DNA from: Myxococcota bacterium
Lineage (GTDB): Bacteria > Myxococcota_A > Bradymonadia > UBA4248
DNA length: 64,000 nt
Reading direction: 5' to 3'
NCBI GenBank assembly: GCA_045599585.1
Contig: JAZRWH010000049.1
Location: 1,510-65,509, forward strand
The notes under the pieces are model-generated. The model searched no databases. It was not told the origin of the DNA and saw nothing but the letters and a program-made list of their open reading frames with translations. Made by a program: the position numbers and the translations under genes. How positions within the stretch are numbered: position 1 is the stretch's first letter; each line of letters begins with the position of its first letter. Positions 1 through 8,697 of this stretch are shown here, piece by piece.

Positions 1-117
1 ATTCCTCCACTTGAACGGGCGATTTTGCATACCATAGACAATGCTCACAGAATTAGCATCCATAGAAAGTGCAATGCCCGTAAGAAAAATAGCAATAAAA
101 GAGGAAAGCGTTATCAT
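1..117 (-). CDS. partial CDS (first 39 codons, runs off the window start): MntP-like putative Mn2+ efflux membrane protein
   Basis: ATG at 117-115, open to the window edge. The translation MITLSSFIAIFLTGIALSMDANSVSIVYGMQNRPFKWRN contains an LSMDAxSVS motif like MntP/DUF204 N-termini (recalled signature). Confidence 0.5.
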   Translation of the reverse strand, partial: MITLSSFIAIFLTGIALSMDANSVSIVYGMQNRPFKWRN

Positions 118-136
118 ATAAATTTAAACAATATAC

Positions 137-169
137 AAAAAAAACCGGCATTTATATGAAACTGCCGGC
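137..169 (-). terminator. intrinsic terminator downstream of the DUF507-like gene
   Basis: Stem CCGGCA/TGCCGG (145-150 / 163-168), followed on the minus strand by a T8 run (A-run 137-144 on plus). Confidence 0.7.
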
Positions 170-199
170 ACGATCTATATCTATAAAAACACTAGTGAA

Positions 200-718
200 C
201 TAAACAAGCCCCTTAGAACGACGTATTTCTTCGAGAACCTGATTATATTTTGTATCCCACGCAAGAGAACCCTCAGAAAGATTTTTGATACGTTTACGCA
301 CTTCAGCATCAACTTCATTATCGATTGCGGAATACTTATTAATGACATTGCGAGAAATACGTCTGATATCGTTATTATCAGCCCAAACCTCTTCAACATG
401 TGTCGTATGATACAACATTTCGATAATTTGGTCTGTGATCCAATCCATAGCATCTTCACCGACCGCAAAATTATATTTCTTAGCTACATCGCGCTTCACG
501 CGATGGAATGAACCAAAATCGAGGTTGCGTGCAGCTAAAATCTGCTGAGCTTCTTCATGAATTCTTCGATCCGTGTCAACGTAAGCTCTGAGAATAGATT
601 GAAGATCAAGGCTAAATTCTTCTTTTTCATCATCGTTTACCTCAATCGCATTCTCGTCCATGAGGTGTTGAGCGATGTCTTCAGCCATTGTAGGGATTTT
701 TGATTTATATATTTTCAT
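200..718 (-). CDS. DUF507-like acidic helical protein (172 aa)
   Basis: The ORF-track ORF 200..796 is trimmed to ATG 718, which is preceded by the SD-like AGGTGAGA. Length and sequence character (MKIYKSKIPTMAEDIAQHLMDENAIEV...) resemble DUF507. The family call is from memory. Confidence 0.7.
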   Translation of the reverse strand: MKIYKSKIPTMAEDIAQHLMDENAIEVNDDEKEEFSLDLQSILRAYVDTDRRIHEEAQQILAARNLDFGSFHRVKRDVAKKYNFAVGEDAMDWITDQIIEMLYHTTHVEEVWADNNDIRRISRNVINKYSAIDNEVDAEVRKRIKNLSEGSLAWDTKYNQVLEEIRRSKGLV

Positions 719-821
719 TATCTCACCTGCTCGAAGAGGGGGCATCGTCCCCGTTAAAAGCAATCGCAATATACGGCCAAGGCGCCATTGTGGCAACGAT
801 AAAGCGCTGAATCACGAAAAC

Positions 822-860
822 TAAAAGAATAAACAACAAGGGCGCCTAAGAAGCGCCCTT
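822..860 (-). terminator. terminator-like hairpin between the giant ORF and the DUF507-like gene
   Basis: 9-bp perfect stem CAAGGGCGC/GCGCCCTTG (836-844 / 852-860), followed on the minus strand by an interrupted T-rich tract. Confidence 0.5.
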
Positions 861-878
861 GAAATTATTAATAACAGA

Positions 879-3800
879 TTAGGTGCGTCTGAGACCTATC
901 CAGCTGCTAAGCGTTTCGTAGACCAAGAGTGAAATTGGCCAATCGATGGGACCACAGCCATCTCCACTCCAATTGATGAAACCAGGAATCTTGACCTGCC
1001 ATGAATCATCTTTGCGGACGAAGACATCTCCCTTAGCCATACCCGCTTTAAGAAGTTTCTTAATAACATCAAGAATCTTGCCACACATCTTAAAGAAAGC
1101 CTTAACGGAGCTCGCGACAAATCCAAGCACCTTAAAGATACCCTTAACAATTTCGCCCTGATTAAAAGCTTCGACAATACCGATAAGAAGATCAAACTCC
1201 TCACCGACAAAATCAATAACAGGCTGAAGAAGATCGGCAACCGGGTAACCTTTTTTCTCGAACTTCTCACGCATAAGGGACATGACTTTATTTTTAATCT
1301 TAGTAAGATCTGCGTCCTTAAGGAACATGTAAATATTATAGACATCAGGAGGCAGAATAAGTTTAAGGAACTCATCCATACCGCCAAACAGAGCCATGAG
1401 GGAATTGAATCCCTTCTTAAGATCAGCAAGCGCCTGCTTAACATCACCGATCAAATTATCGACAAGAACTCGAATCAATACGTAAATAAGAACGCCAGCC
1501 GGTCCGAACGTACAAGCGTTAACAAGCCCGCCTATAAGTTCAGCAAAGAAGCCAAAGGCACTCATCATATTGCCAACATTCTTGATATGCTCGATCTTCT
1601 CAGAGATACCACCCTTACTGTCAGCATTCTCTTGTTTGGCACCGCCGACATCACTACCAAGTGCCTGTGATCCAGGAAGATTGGGACCATCTTTCTTTTC
1701 TTTGCCCTTATCGTCCTTTTTATAATCCTCGCCGACTTCAGCAGTCTTAGATTCATGCGCTTCTTGGGTCTGTTCTTTGTTTGCACCTGGAAGATTGTTA
1801 ACACTTCCTGAATCCTCAAGACGTGTTCCTTGTGCATCAAAGACGACTTTTTTACCCCAGTTGAAACTAAAGACATCGCCAAGATCGAATGTCCACGTGG
1901 TAATCGGATAATTGAAATCTTTACCAAGAAGTACCGCGTACAACTCAGGAATGACGTCGACAGAGAAGCTGCCCGTGAGAGCCACGCCAAGTCCAAGAGA
2001 ACCACCCAAGCCCTCTTCACCGCCATGTAGCTCACCACCAATAGTAACATCTGCTGCGGTCGTGAAATTAGCTGAGCCTTTCAGTTTAAAGCCTGCTTCG
2101 AGCACATTGGCTACACCAACGCCGAGTTTAAGGTATGGTGCGATTGAAGCCTTGAGCTCAAGACCTGACGTACACTGGAGTTCGGTCGAAAAAGCAGGAA
2201 TTCCCTTTCCACTTCGAACATGGTAGTCTTTAACTTTAAGCGTTGCATTAAAGAGAATAGGCTTAATACCAACGTTAAGACCGAGACCGATGCCGCCGCC
2301 AAAGGTAATAGGAACGGGGCCTGCCATGCCTTGTCCAGAGAACCCGAGATCTTTCGTAAAGTTAAAGAGCGAACGCCCTGCCATAAGTTCGACTTGATTG
2401 ACATCCATTTCGCCGTAAACGATCGGATCGTCCCAACCATTTTCAAAGCGAACACCAATCATGCCCTCAAGCCAATCGGTAATCTTAAAGTTGAGCTTAC
2501 CATTGATCTTCGGAGCGCCACCATTCTGCTCGGTATCGTAATCGATGTCGACTTCGCCTCCCAATTTACCTTCGAAAGCTTGAACCGAAAGATGTCCTGC
2601 AAAAGCAAGTTGGTCGTTTGCACCTTTTTGACCTTTAACCCAACGGAATGAATCACAGCCGCCCTCAATGGTGAAACCTTTATTCTGATATTTCATGCCG
2701 ACTTTGCCGGAAATGTCATTCAGATCGTTATCAACAATGCCTACGTGCGCATTGAGACTCGTCAAAGATAATCCAGCACCGAGTTCAAACGGACCTGTCC
2801 CTTCAAGGCTAGCATTGCCGGAGAATTTGCTGATAACACCAGACTCAACATCAATGGAGCCCTTGGCTTCGACACGGATCTCTCCCTTAGATTCGCCTTG
2901 AGCCGTTTTCGGACCTGCAATGATAACAATGAGCGTACCATCCATTTGGGTAATCTTGCTGTTCTTAATTTCAGCCTTGGCAGAAGTACCCATTCCAAGT
3001 CTGAATTTTCCAGCAGGATCAATGGCCAGATCACGTTTAAGTTCAACCTGACCACTAGCGGTAAGATCTGATTCTGTGTCCTCACCACCTGGCGTATAAT
3101 CACCTTCTACAGAACCTCTAAAGAGTTCTTCTTTGTCCTTTTCGATCTTAAAGGCAAAGTTCCCGTGCAGGGCTGTAATATTATTTTCTTCGATATCACA
3201 CTTAAACCCACTCGATTTACATACGACAAACTGGTAACCCGATGAAGTCGGTTTGCCAATGGCTTTTTCACGCGTAACAGCGACTGTAACAGTACCATTG
3301 ATCTTATCAGGATCAATACAGTCAAAATCACCTGCCGTCTTAAACTCAAGATAACCGCCGTCTTCATCCTGCATTTCAAGCGTCACTTGGCCACGAACAC
3401 CAGTCAAGGTACTGTTATCGATCTCCAAAGTTGCCTCTGACGGTTTCAGCCACAATGATTCTGTGCTGGAAATGTTAAACAACTTTTTCTCTTCAATCGA
3501 CACCGACCCCGATGCATGAATGAGATTGTTATTTTCGACATCATATGCGAACTCAACATCCCCGTGGACCTTCAGCAGACCCATTTCGTCCTCACCTGTC
3601 TGCGTAAGGTAGAGACCGGCTGCCCCCGTAAGATAGGTGACTTTACCTTCTGAGATCGTTGTTTCGACGCTTGCGGCAGGACCTTCTGCTGTACCTAGCC
3701 CATACTCAAAAGATTTATCATTATAGGTAAAATCTCCAAGTTTCGTTTTGGAGGCACATTTCAGAGTGACAACACCATTGAAGCTATTCTCGCGCGTATA

Positions 3801-6800
3801 AGCGAGCGATTCGCTTGCCAATTCTAATGTCAACAGTTCATCTGAAGAGGGTAGTTTTACATCCAAATCCAATGCACCACTGAAATCAGATGAGACAAGA
3901 CCCTCTGAATCAAACTGTGCAGTTGCTGTACAATCTCTCGTCTGGACTGTAAGTGCATCCGACAGATTAGCTGTCAATTCGACTTTCGCCGTAATTTCAA
4001 GAGAATTAATCTCACCTGTTTCAACGTTCAGATCGACTGATGCTGAACCGTCTTCTATATTAAGTTTTGCTGCATTTGTCGTGCCTTCAAGTGCCGCAGA
4101 TGCATTAAAAAATGCATCGCCATGGAATCTCACCAACTTTGAGTCGGCGACTTCTGCATCAAGAGACGTACCTTTCTCTAACAGTGTAAATTCAGCAGTT
4201 GCGCCCCCTTCACCTGCCACAAATTTAATATCGCCTATCGGCGTCAGCTTAACGGTTCCATCAAACGAAGGCTTATCTCCCAACGTGCACGTTAGATTTT
4301 CACCCTTTAAGCTGGCTCCAAATCCCTCAGGCAAATATTTGTTTTCTGCCTCTTTATAAATGTAATCAAGCTGGAACGCACCGGATACGCTGCTAATGCC
4401 TTCGTTGCTAAAGACAATGCCAAATCTTGACCCCTCTTTAAGCGTAATGGAATCAACGCCTTCAATCGCATCAAGTACACAATCACCTACGGTCTCAATG
4501 TCAGCATCACCCGAAACAACGTATTCCTCGCCTTCACGCGCTACACTCACGCCCGCACTGCCTTTGAAGACGATAGGCGTCGTCGTTTTGAGAATGCTTG
4601 TCTTTCCCTCGTAGTCGCCCCTGACGTCAAAACTCTGAAGCTCATCATCTTTGATGACGACATCAAGACCGCCACCATCCAACACGGTGACTTTTGTCTC
4701 ACCGTTGTGCGCATTCATTTCGACATCACCATCTAAATGCGCTGAAATATTGCCAGATACAGCAAGCGTATCAACATCAATCGATGCGTCCTGCATCTTG
4801 AGATCGAATACAGCTTTTTTCTGAGTGAACTTGTCATTCGCAATCGTAAGCTTAGCAACACAATCCAAGTCCATTCCCGTGACTTTGTTTGCTTCTATTT
4901 CAAGATTTAAGCCACACTGGCGTTTACCCTGAAGTACGAGAGAATCTCCACCTTTGTCTTTATAAAGATCATAGTTCTCTGTGAGCTTCGCCATCACTTT
5001 GCCAGTAAACTCACCTTTATCACAATCAAAGTTCTTAATATCCGCTGTAATATAACCCTTAAGATTGTCATTCTTAAGTTTGATATCAGTGATTGCTGTG
5101 ATCGTGCCTTTTACAGTCGTCGGTTGGGAATTAACAAATGTAATATATAATTCGTTGCCTGCCCCATAATACGATTGAGGAAGCGTTACGCCAATCTTTT
5201 CACTGCCAAGCGCTAGATCACTGTCAATAACACCACTGACAACGCCGTCAAACGATCCCGTACTCAAATCATACTTTCCACCCTTCACGTTGCCGCTAAA
5301 CGAAAAGGCGTTTTCCGCTCCACCAGAACCCTTTTTCGAATCTGCATCAGCGCCATATTTAAAATCACCCGAAAACTCAAGCGGGGCAATCTCGTTGTCT
5401 ACGATGGCTACATGCGCTTGGGCTCCAGTTAAAATTTTGAATTTGCTATTAGCATCCGGTATGGCAAGATCATTCGATAAAACGATATCACATGTCGCAT
5501 TTAAAGACTCTGAATCGACCGTCATGTCGAGCGTCGAAGTCGCAATCTCCGATTCGTCGTTCTGGAGAACTTTGACAATACCGTCACATTTAATCACACC
5601 TGCTGCATAATGAATGCTTATGCCAGGGTCTTCGCTCCTAAGATTCTTGTGATCCACCTTTATGGATCCATCAAATTGCGTCAAAATATTGTCTGTTGCG
5701 CTATCAAATCGTGCATTGCACTCCGTCAAGGTGGCACATCCCATGGCAAACGGTTGACCTAAGCTCAATTCACCACTGACACCACCTTGCGCATCAATAT
5801 CCAATGCATCCACGTTCAAACTGACCGTTTGTTGCGCAGCACTCAAATGCACATTGCCTGTAATACTCGCTTTTTCAAACGCCCCTTCGGTAATATCAAC
5901 CGTTCCAGTCAAACTACCTGACAATATCGGAGAAACTTTTTTGCCTTCACCACCAGATTTCTGCTCGCCGCCTGCTTTCGTGCCGGGAATCGAAAAGTTA
6001 TCTGCACTCACCGTTAACGTAGCATTCTCAAGCTTATTCTTCGTGAAGCTGACATCGCCTTCTGCTTTCACAGCATCCCAAAGCGACGCCTCAACGTGAC
6101 CCGAGGCCGCAAACTGGTTCTCTACTGTATACGAAGCTTCATTGATCGTAAGCTGGAGCGTTGCCCCTGTTCCTGGAACCGTATAAGGTTTCAGTGAAAC
6201 ACTGCTCATCTCAGCTTCAAAAGCATCCCCTGTGTGCGATACCTTAAACGTCACCTCGGAAGACGGATCTGTGACAAAATTCAACCCTTTTGCCGTTAAC
6301 GTGCCCGTTGCACTCGTGATCTCTCCATCAAGCGCACTCAGTGTAACTGTACCGCTCAAGCCTATGCCAGAACCGCTCATCGCTCCGTCAGAAGCCATAC
6401 CACTTTGCGCAGCTCCACCGCCAGGACGCTTCGTATTTCCCTTTGCCGTCAAAGTCGTATCAATTTGTGTGCTCTCACCTATCGACACCGAACCATTCGC
6501 ACTGACATCGACAGTATCGAAAATACGCGCCGTCGTCGCGATCTGCCCCTTCAATACCGTTGACGCGCCATCCTGCGTCATGTTGAATCCAACTTTGAGA
6601 TCGTCAATGCCAGGAATCTCTAGCGATGTGCTAAATCCACCCAATGGCTTAAACTGCCCAGTTCCTTTCGGATCTTTCAGCGTGAGCGTGACATTCGTGT
6701 CCTTAAGCAAATCCGTCGACAGCGACGCTCTCAGATTAATCTCTGAAAGCTTAGAATTCGTCACCGTCGCGCTTCCAGTGATGTTCTTCAAAAACGGAAT

Positions 6801-7277
6801 ATTCCACTTGTCACACTCAATCGTGTGCTTCCCGTTTTCACTGCTGTATTTCACTTTCGTTTTCACGCCGAAAAGTGTCAGCTCTTTCTCTAAACTGCCA
6901 CCCTCTGCCACAGAACTTCCTGCCGCAATGCCTCCATTCGCACTCGCACGGCCAGACGATGATTTTTTGTGAAGCGAGTTGCGGTTCGCTTGAGCTAGCT
7001 CTCGTTCGGCTTCTACTTGCGCCTGACGTGCATTTTCTTGGACAGTCGTATGAAGACGACGCACTTTCGATCCGCCCAAAACGCCCGTCAACTGCTTCAT
7101 CACACGCGCATATACATACGGACGCTCCTGATACAGTGCAGAAAGATCCGCCGCAATGTTCGTCGAACGCTTCAAAGACTCCAACAACGCTCGATTCGAA
7201 TCCTCTTTAACGAAACCGCTGTCCTGCTTGCCTAGTTTTCCTTCTAGCCCATGACGCTCAAGTTCAAATTCTGACAT
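879..7277 (-). CDS. giant orphan protein, 2,132 aa, beta-rich, no signal peptide, C-terminal hydrophobic hairpin
   Basis: Uninterrupted 6.4-kb ORF. SD-like GGAGAAG lies upstream of ATG 7277. All overlapping ORFs are short shadow frames. No family recognised by eye. Confidence 0.9.
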   Translation of the reverse strand: MSEFELERHGLEGKLGKQDSGFVKEDSNRALLESLKRSTNIAADLSALYQERPYVYARVMKQLTGVLGGSKVRRLHTTVQENARQAQVEAERELAQANRNSLHKKSSSGRASANGGIAAGSSVAEGGSLEKELTLFGVKTKVKYSSENGKHTIECDKWNIPFLKNITGSATVTNSKLSEINLRASLSTDLLKDTNVTLTLKDPKGTGQFKPLGGFSTSLEIPGIDDLKVGFNMTQDGASTVLKGQIATTARIFDTVDVSANGSVSIGESTQIDTTLTAKGNTKRPGGGAAQSGMASDGAMSGSGIGLSGTVTLSALDGEITSATGTLTAKGLNFVTDPSSEVTFKVSHTGDAFEAEMSSVSLKPYTVPGTGATLQLTINEASYTVENQFAASGHVEASLWDAVKAEGDVSFTKNKLENATLTVSADNFSIPGTKAGGEQKSGGEGKKVSPILSGSLTGTVDITEGAFEKASITGNVHLSAAQQTVSLNVDALDIDAQGGVSGELSLGQPFAMGCATLTECNARFDSATDNILTQFDGSIKVDHKNLRSEDPGISIHYAAGVIKCDGIVKVLQNDESEIATSTLDMTVDSESLNATCDIVLSNDLAIPDANSKFKILTGAQAHVAIVDNEIAPLEFSGDFKYGADADSKKGSGGAENAFSFSGNVKGGKYDLSTGSFDGVVSGVIDSDLALGSEKIGVTLPQSYYGAGNELYITFVNSQPTTVKGTITAITDIKLKNDNLKGYITADIKNFDCDKGEFTGKVMAKLTENYDLYKDKGGDSLVLQGKRQCGLNLEIEANKVTGMDLDCVAKLTIANDKFTQKKAVFDLKMQDASIDVDTLAVSGNISAHLDGDVEMNAHNGETKVTVLDGGGLDVVIKDDELQSFDVRGDYEGKTSILKTTTPIVFKGSAGVSVAREGEEYVVSGDADIETVGDCVLDAIEGVDSITLKEGSRFGIVFSNEGISSVSGAFQLDYIYKEAENKYLPEGFGASLKGENLTCTLGDKPSFDGTVKLTPIGDIKFVAGEGGATAEFTLLEKGTSLDAEVADSKLVRFHGDAFFNASAALEGTTNAAKLNIEDGSASVDLNVETGEINSLEITAKVELTANLSDALTVQTRDCTATAQFDSEGLVSSDFSGALDLDVKLPSSDELLTLELASESLAYTRENSFNGVVTLKCASKTKLGDFTYNDKSFEYGLGTAEGPAASVETTISEGKVTYLTGAAGLYLTQTGEDEMGLLKVHGDVEFAYDVENNNLIHASGSVSIEEKKLFNISSTESLWLKPSEATLEIDNSTLTGVRGQVTLEMQDEDGGYLEFKTAGDFDCIDPDKINGTVTVAVTREKAIGKPTSSGYQFVVCKSSGFKCDIEENNITALHGNFAFKIEKDKEELFRGSVEGDYTPGGEDTESDLTASGQVELKRDLAIDPAGKFRLGMGTSAKAEIKNSKITQMDGTLIVIIAGPKTAQGESKGEIRVEAKGSIDVESGVISKFSGNASLEGTGPFELGAGLSLTSLNAHVGIVDNDLNDISGKVGMKYQNKGFTIEGGCDSFRWVKGQKGANDQLAFAGHLSVQAFEGKLGGEVDIDYDTEQNGGAPKINGKLNFKITDWLEGMIGVRFENGWDDPIVYGEMDVNQVELMAGRSLFNFTKDLGFSGQGMAGPVPITFGGGIGLGLNVGIKPILFNATLKVKDYHVRSGKGIPAFSTELQCTSGLELKASIAPYLKLGVGVANVLEAGFKLKGSANFTTAADVTIGGELHGGEEGLGGSLGLGVALTGSFSVDVIPELYAVLLGKDFNYPITTWTFDLGDVFSFNWGKKVVFDAQGTRLEDSGSVNNLPGANKEQTQEAHESKTAEVGEDYKKDDKGKEKKDGPNLPGSQALGSDVGGAKQENADSKGGISEKIEHIKNVGNMMSAFGFFAELIGGLVNACTFGPAGVLIYVLIRVLVDNLIGDVKQALADLKKGFNSLMALFGGMDEFLKLILPPDVYNIYMFLKDADLTKIKNKVMSLMREKFEKKGYPVADLLQPVIDFVGEEFDLLIGIVEAFNQGEIVKGIFKVLGFVASSVKAFFKMCGKILDVIKKLLKAGMAKGDVFVRKDDSWQVKIPGFINWSGDGCGPIDWPISLLVYETLSSWIGLRRT

Positions 7278-7508
7278 GACACTTCTCCAATTCTATTTGG
7301 ACCAATAAACAGTGAGGATTCACCTCACCAAATTTTTCATATATATGAACAAATAAACGCGCTATGGCAATATAGAAATTGCTTTTTTTTGCACATAATA
7401 ATTCATGCCAATATCTAGATAATGCTCGCTTATTTCTGATTTTTTTCCTTTCTCCAGACACACTCCAAAATCACGTGCCACATACAGATTCAAGTGTAGT
7501 TGTTTGTA

Positions 7509-7647
7509 GGGAGAAGTCTCCCCCTGAGCGTCTATCTTCATCATTTCTTAGTACAAAACATATACTCACTAATATTTTTTACAATTTTCAAAATGATACA
7601 AAGCTACGATACGCCGCTACCCCCTCTGCGGGGAATCCTTCCCCGCA
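7509..7647 (+). repeat. REP-like composite element, type A, long-loop variant
   Basis: Left half GGGAGAAGTCTCCCCCTGAGCGTCTAT (7509-7535), 73-bp insert, right half ATACGCCGCTACCCCCTC (7609-7626). An extra hairpin GCGGGGAA-TCC-TTCCCCGC follows at 7628-7646. Confidence 0.8.
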
Positions 7648-7708
7648 ACGCCCCTTCACGCAAACTTAAGACTCACTATCAAAACCATAGGATTACAATA
7701 CCACATAA

Positions 7709-8164
7709 CACTGCTGTCCCACGAAATTTTCCTAGAATACTCTGCTAACTCTATTGTAGCTTTGTTTTATCGATATATAGTCGTTTCTAAGCATGAAAAA
7801 GACCTAAGATTACTGTTAAATCGCCTGCGTCGCGAAGCCGAAGGCAAGCAGCGGGCGCGCATGTTGAAGACGAAGTCAAGTTCGTGCCCGCCGATGAGCT
7901 TTTGATATTTTGAGAGCGTTTGAATACAGTTCGAGGAAACGACGAAGATCCTTGAGGCCTTAAGGCTGTAACCGAAAGGATTGAGGAAGGTGACGAAGAA
8001 ATGTGTCAAACGCTCTCAAAAGAATGCGGGATTCCAAAGGTGCATCCTCAATACGACGTCCCTTTGGGCCGTCCACAGGACAGAATGAGAATAAGAAAAG
8101 TATAAAATTCTGTAACGAGCGCATTTCGTTACAGTTAATGAGAATATGTTGTGGGACAGCAGTG
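7709..8164 (+). mobile_element. non-autonomous MITE, copy 1 (456 bp), no ORF
   Basis: Terminal inverted repeats CACTGCTGTCCCAC (7709-7722) and GTGGGACAGCAGTG (8151-8164). Perfect 9-bp direct repeat ACCACATAA on both flanks (7700-7708 and 8165-8173). Arms are near-identical to copy 2 at 42828-43233. Confidence 0.85.
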
Positions 8165-8388
8165 ACCACATAAATAGCATACACAATGCATTTTGCGTAT
8201 CCGTACACTCATCTCAATAATGTATAATTAAAACGACCGATTAATGTATGCATGATCACAATATATCTATAGCAATTCACACCAATCACTACAATACGCT
8301 CTAGTTTATACAAAATAGCATCACAATCAACATGCAATTTTATTAATAATTCAAAGTTCAAATCAATTATAAGCGCCGCAAGCCAGAA

Positions 8389-8686
8389 GGGGGCGCCCGA
8401 AGACCAAAGCCACAATTAGGACAAATACAGAGGTTTTATACACCATGCACCTTGATTCCTGGCGTATGGTGTCGCTGCAGTTTGGAGATCTTCATCGCTT
8501 CTGAAATACTTATTTGCCTCAGCGAAGCTAAGCAAGAAAACCTTGTCGCTCGTCGCCTTGCCCCCCCGGCATGCGCCAGCTAGGATCATTTTGATTATCT
8601 ATTCTAGATGTGAGAATCTTTTTTTGCTCTGCCTTGGTAAATGCCGCTTTAATGAAGTCACCATTAAGCCATGAACGAATCGAGCT
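8389..8686 (-). pseudogene. decayed gene remnant with no start codon, one frameshift at a C7/G7 run and one in-frame stop
   Basis: The minus strand reads SIRSWLNGDFIKAAFTKAEQKKILTSRIDNQNDPS... up to the G7 run. A frame shift there gives GGKATSDKVFLLSFAEANKYFRSDEDLQTAATPYARNQGAW..., then TAA, then LWLWSSGAP. This follows the W-L-N..F..AFT..E / DKVFLLS..E..YF / T.YA..GA / WWLRSPG pattern of a widespread surface-protein domain (recalled; no family ID asserted). Confidence 0.55.
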
Positions 8687-8697
8687 CTATCCTAAAG

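Noticed and set aside
118-199. Possible yybP-ykoY Mn riboswitch upstream of the MntP-like gene
   Set aside because: Only about 80 nt are available, and most of that is occupied by the terminator of the upstream gene. No conserved riboswitch core was recognisable.
6232-6972. 246-aa plus-strand ORF, with many other 60-180-aa ORFs on both strands between 896 and 7235
   Set aside because: All lie inside or antisense to the 6.4-kb giant ORF. They are Ser/Pro/Leu/Arg-rich shadow frames with no start context.
7475-7490. Sigma-54-like TGGCAC-N-TTTGG motif on the minus strand upstream of the giant gene
   Set aside because: The -12 element is off-consensus (TTGG/TTTG rather than TTGC) with wrong or ambiguous spacing. 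No enhancer-binding protein gene is nearby.
7709-8164. Idea that the conserved-arm, variable-core element is a retron ncRNA, a TnpB/IscB omega-RNA or an IS110 bridge RNA
   Set aside because: No reverse transcriptase, TnpB/IscB or DEDD recombinase gene is adjacent at either copy. Perfect TIRs with 9-bp duplications fit a cut-and-paste MITE instead. A transcribed structured RNA is still possible and is listed only as something to test.
7960-8208. 82-aa ORF, and its counterpart at 43044..43334 (96 aa), crossing the MITE right arms
   Set aside because: Both start outside the element in unrelated flanking DNA. They share only the part encoded by the conserved arm and have no SD, so they are not element-encoded proteins.
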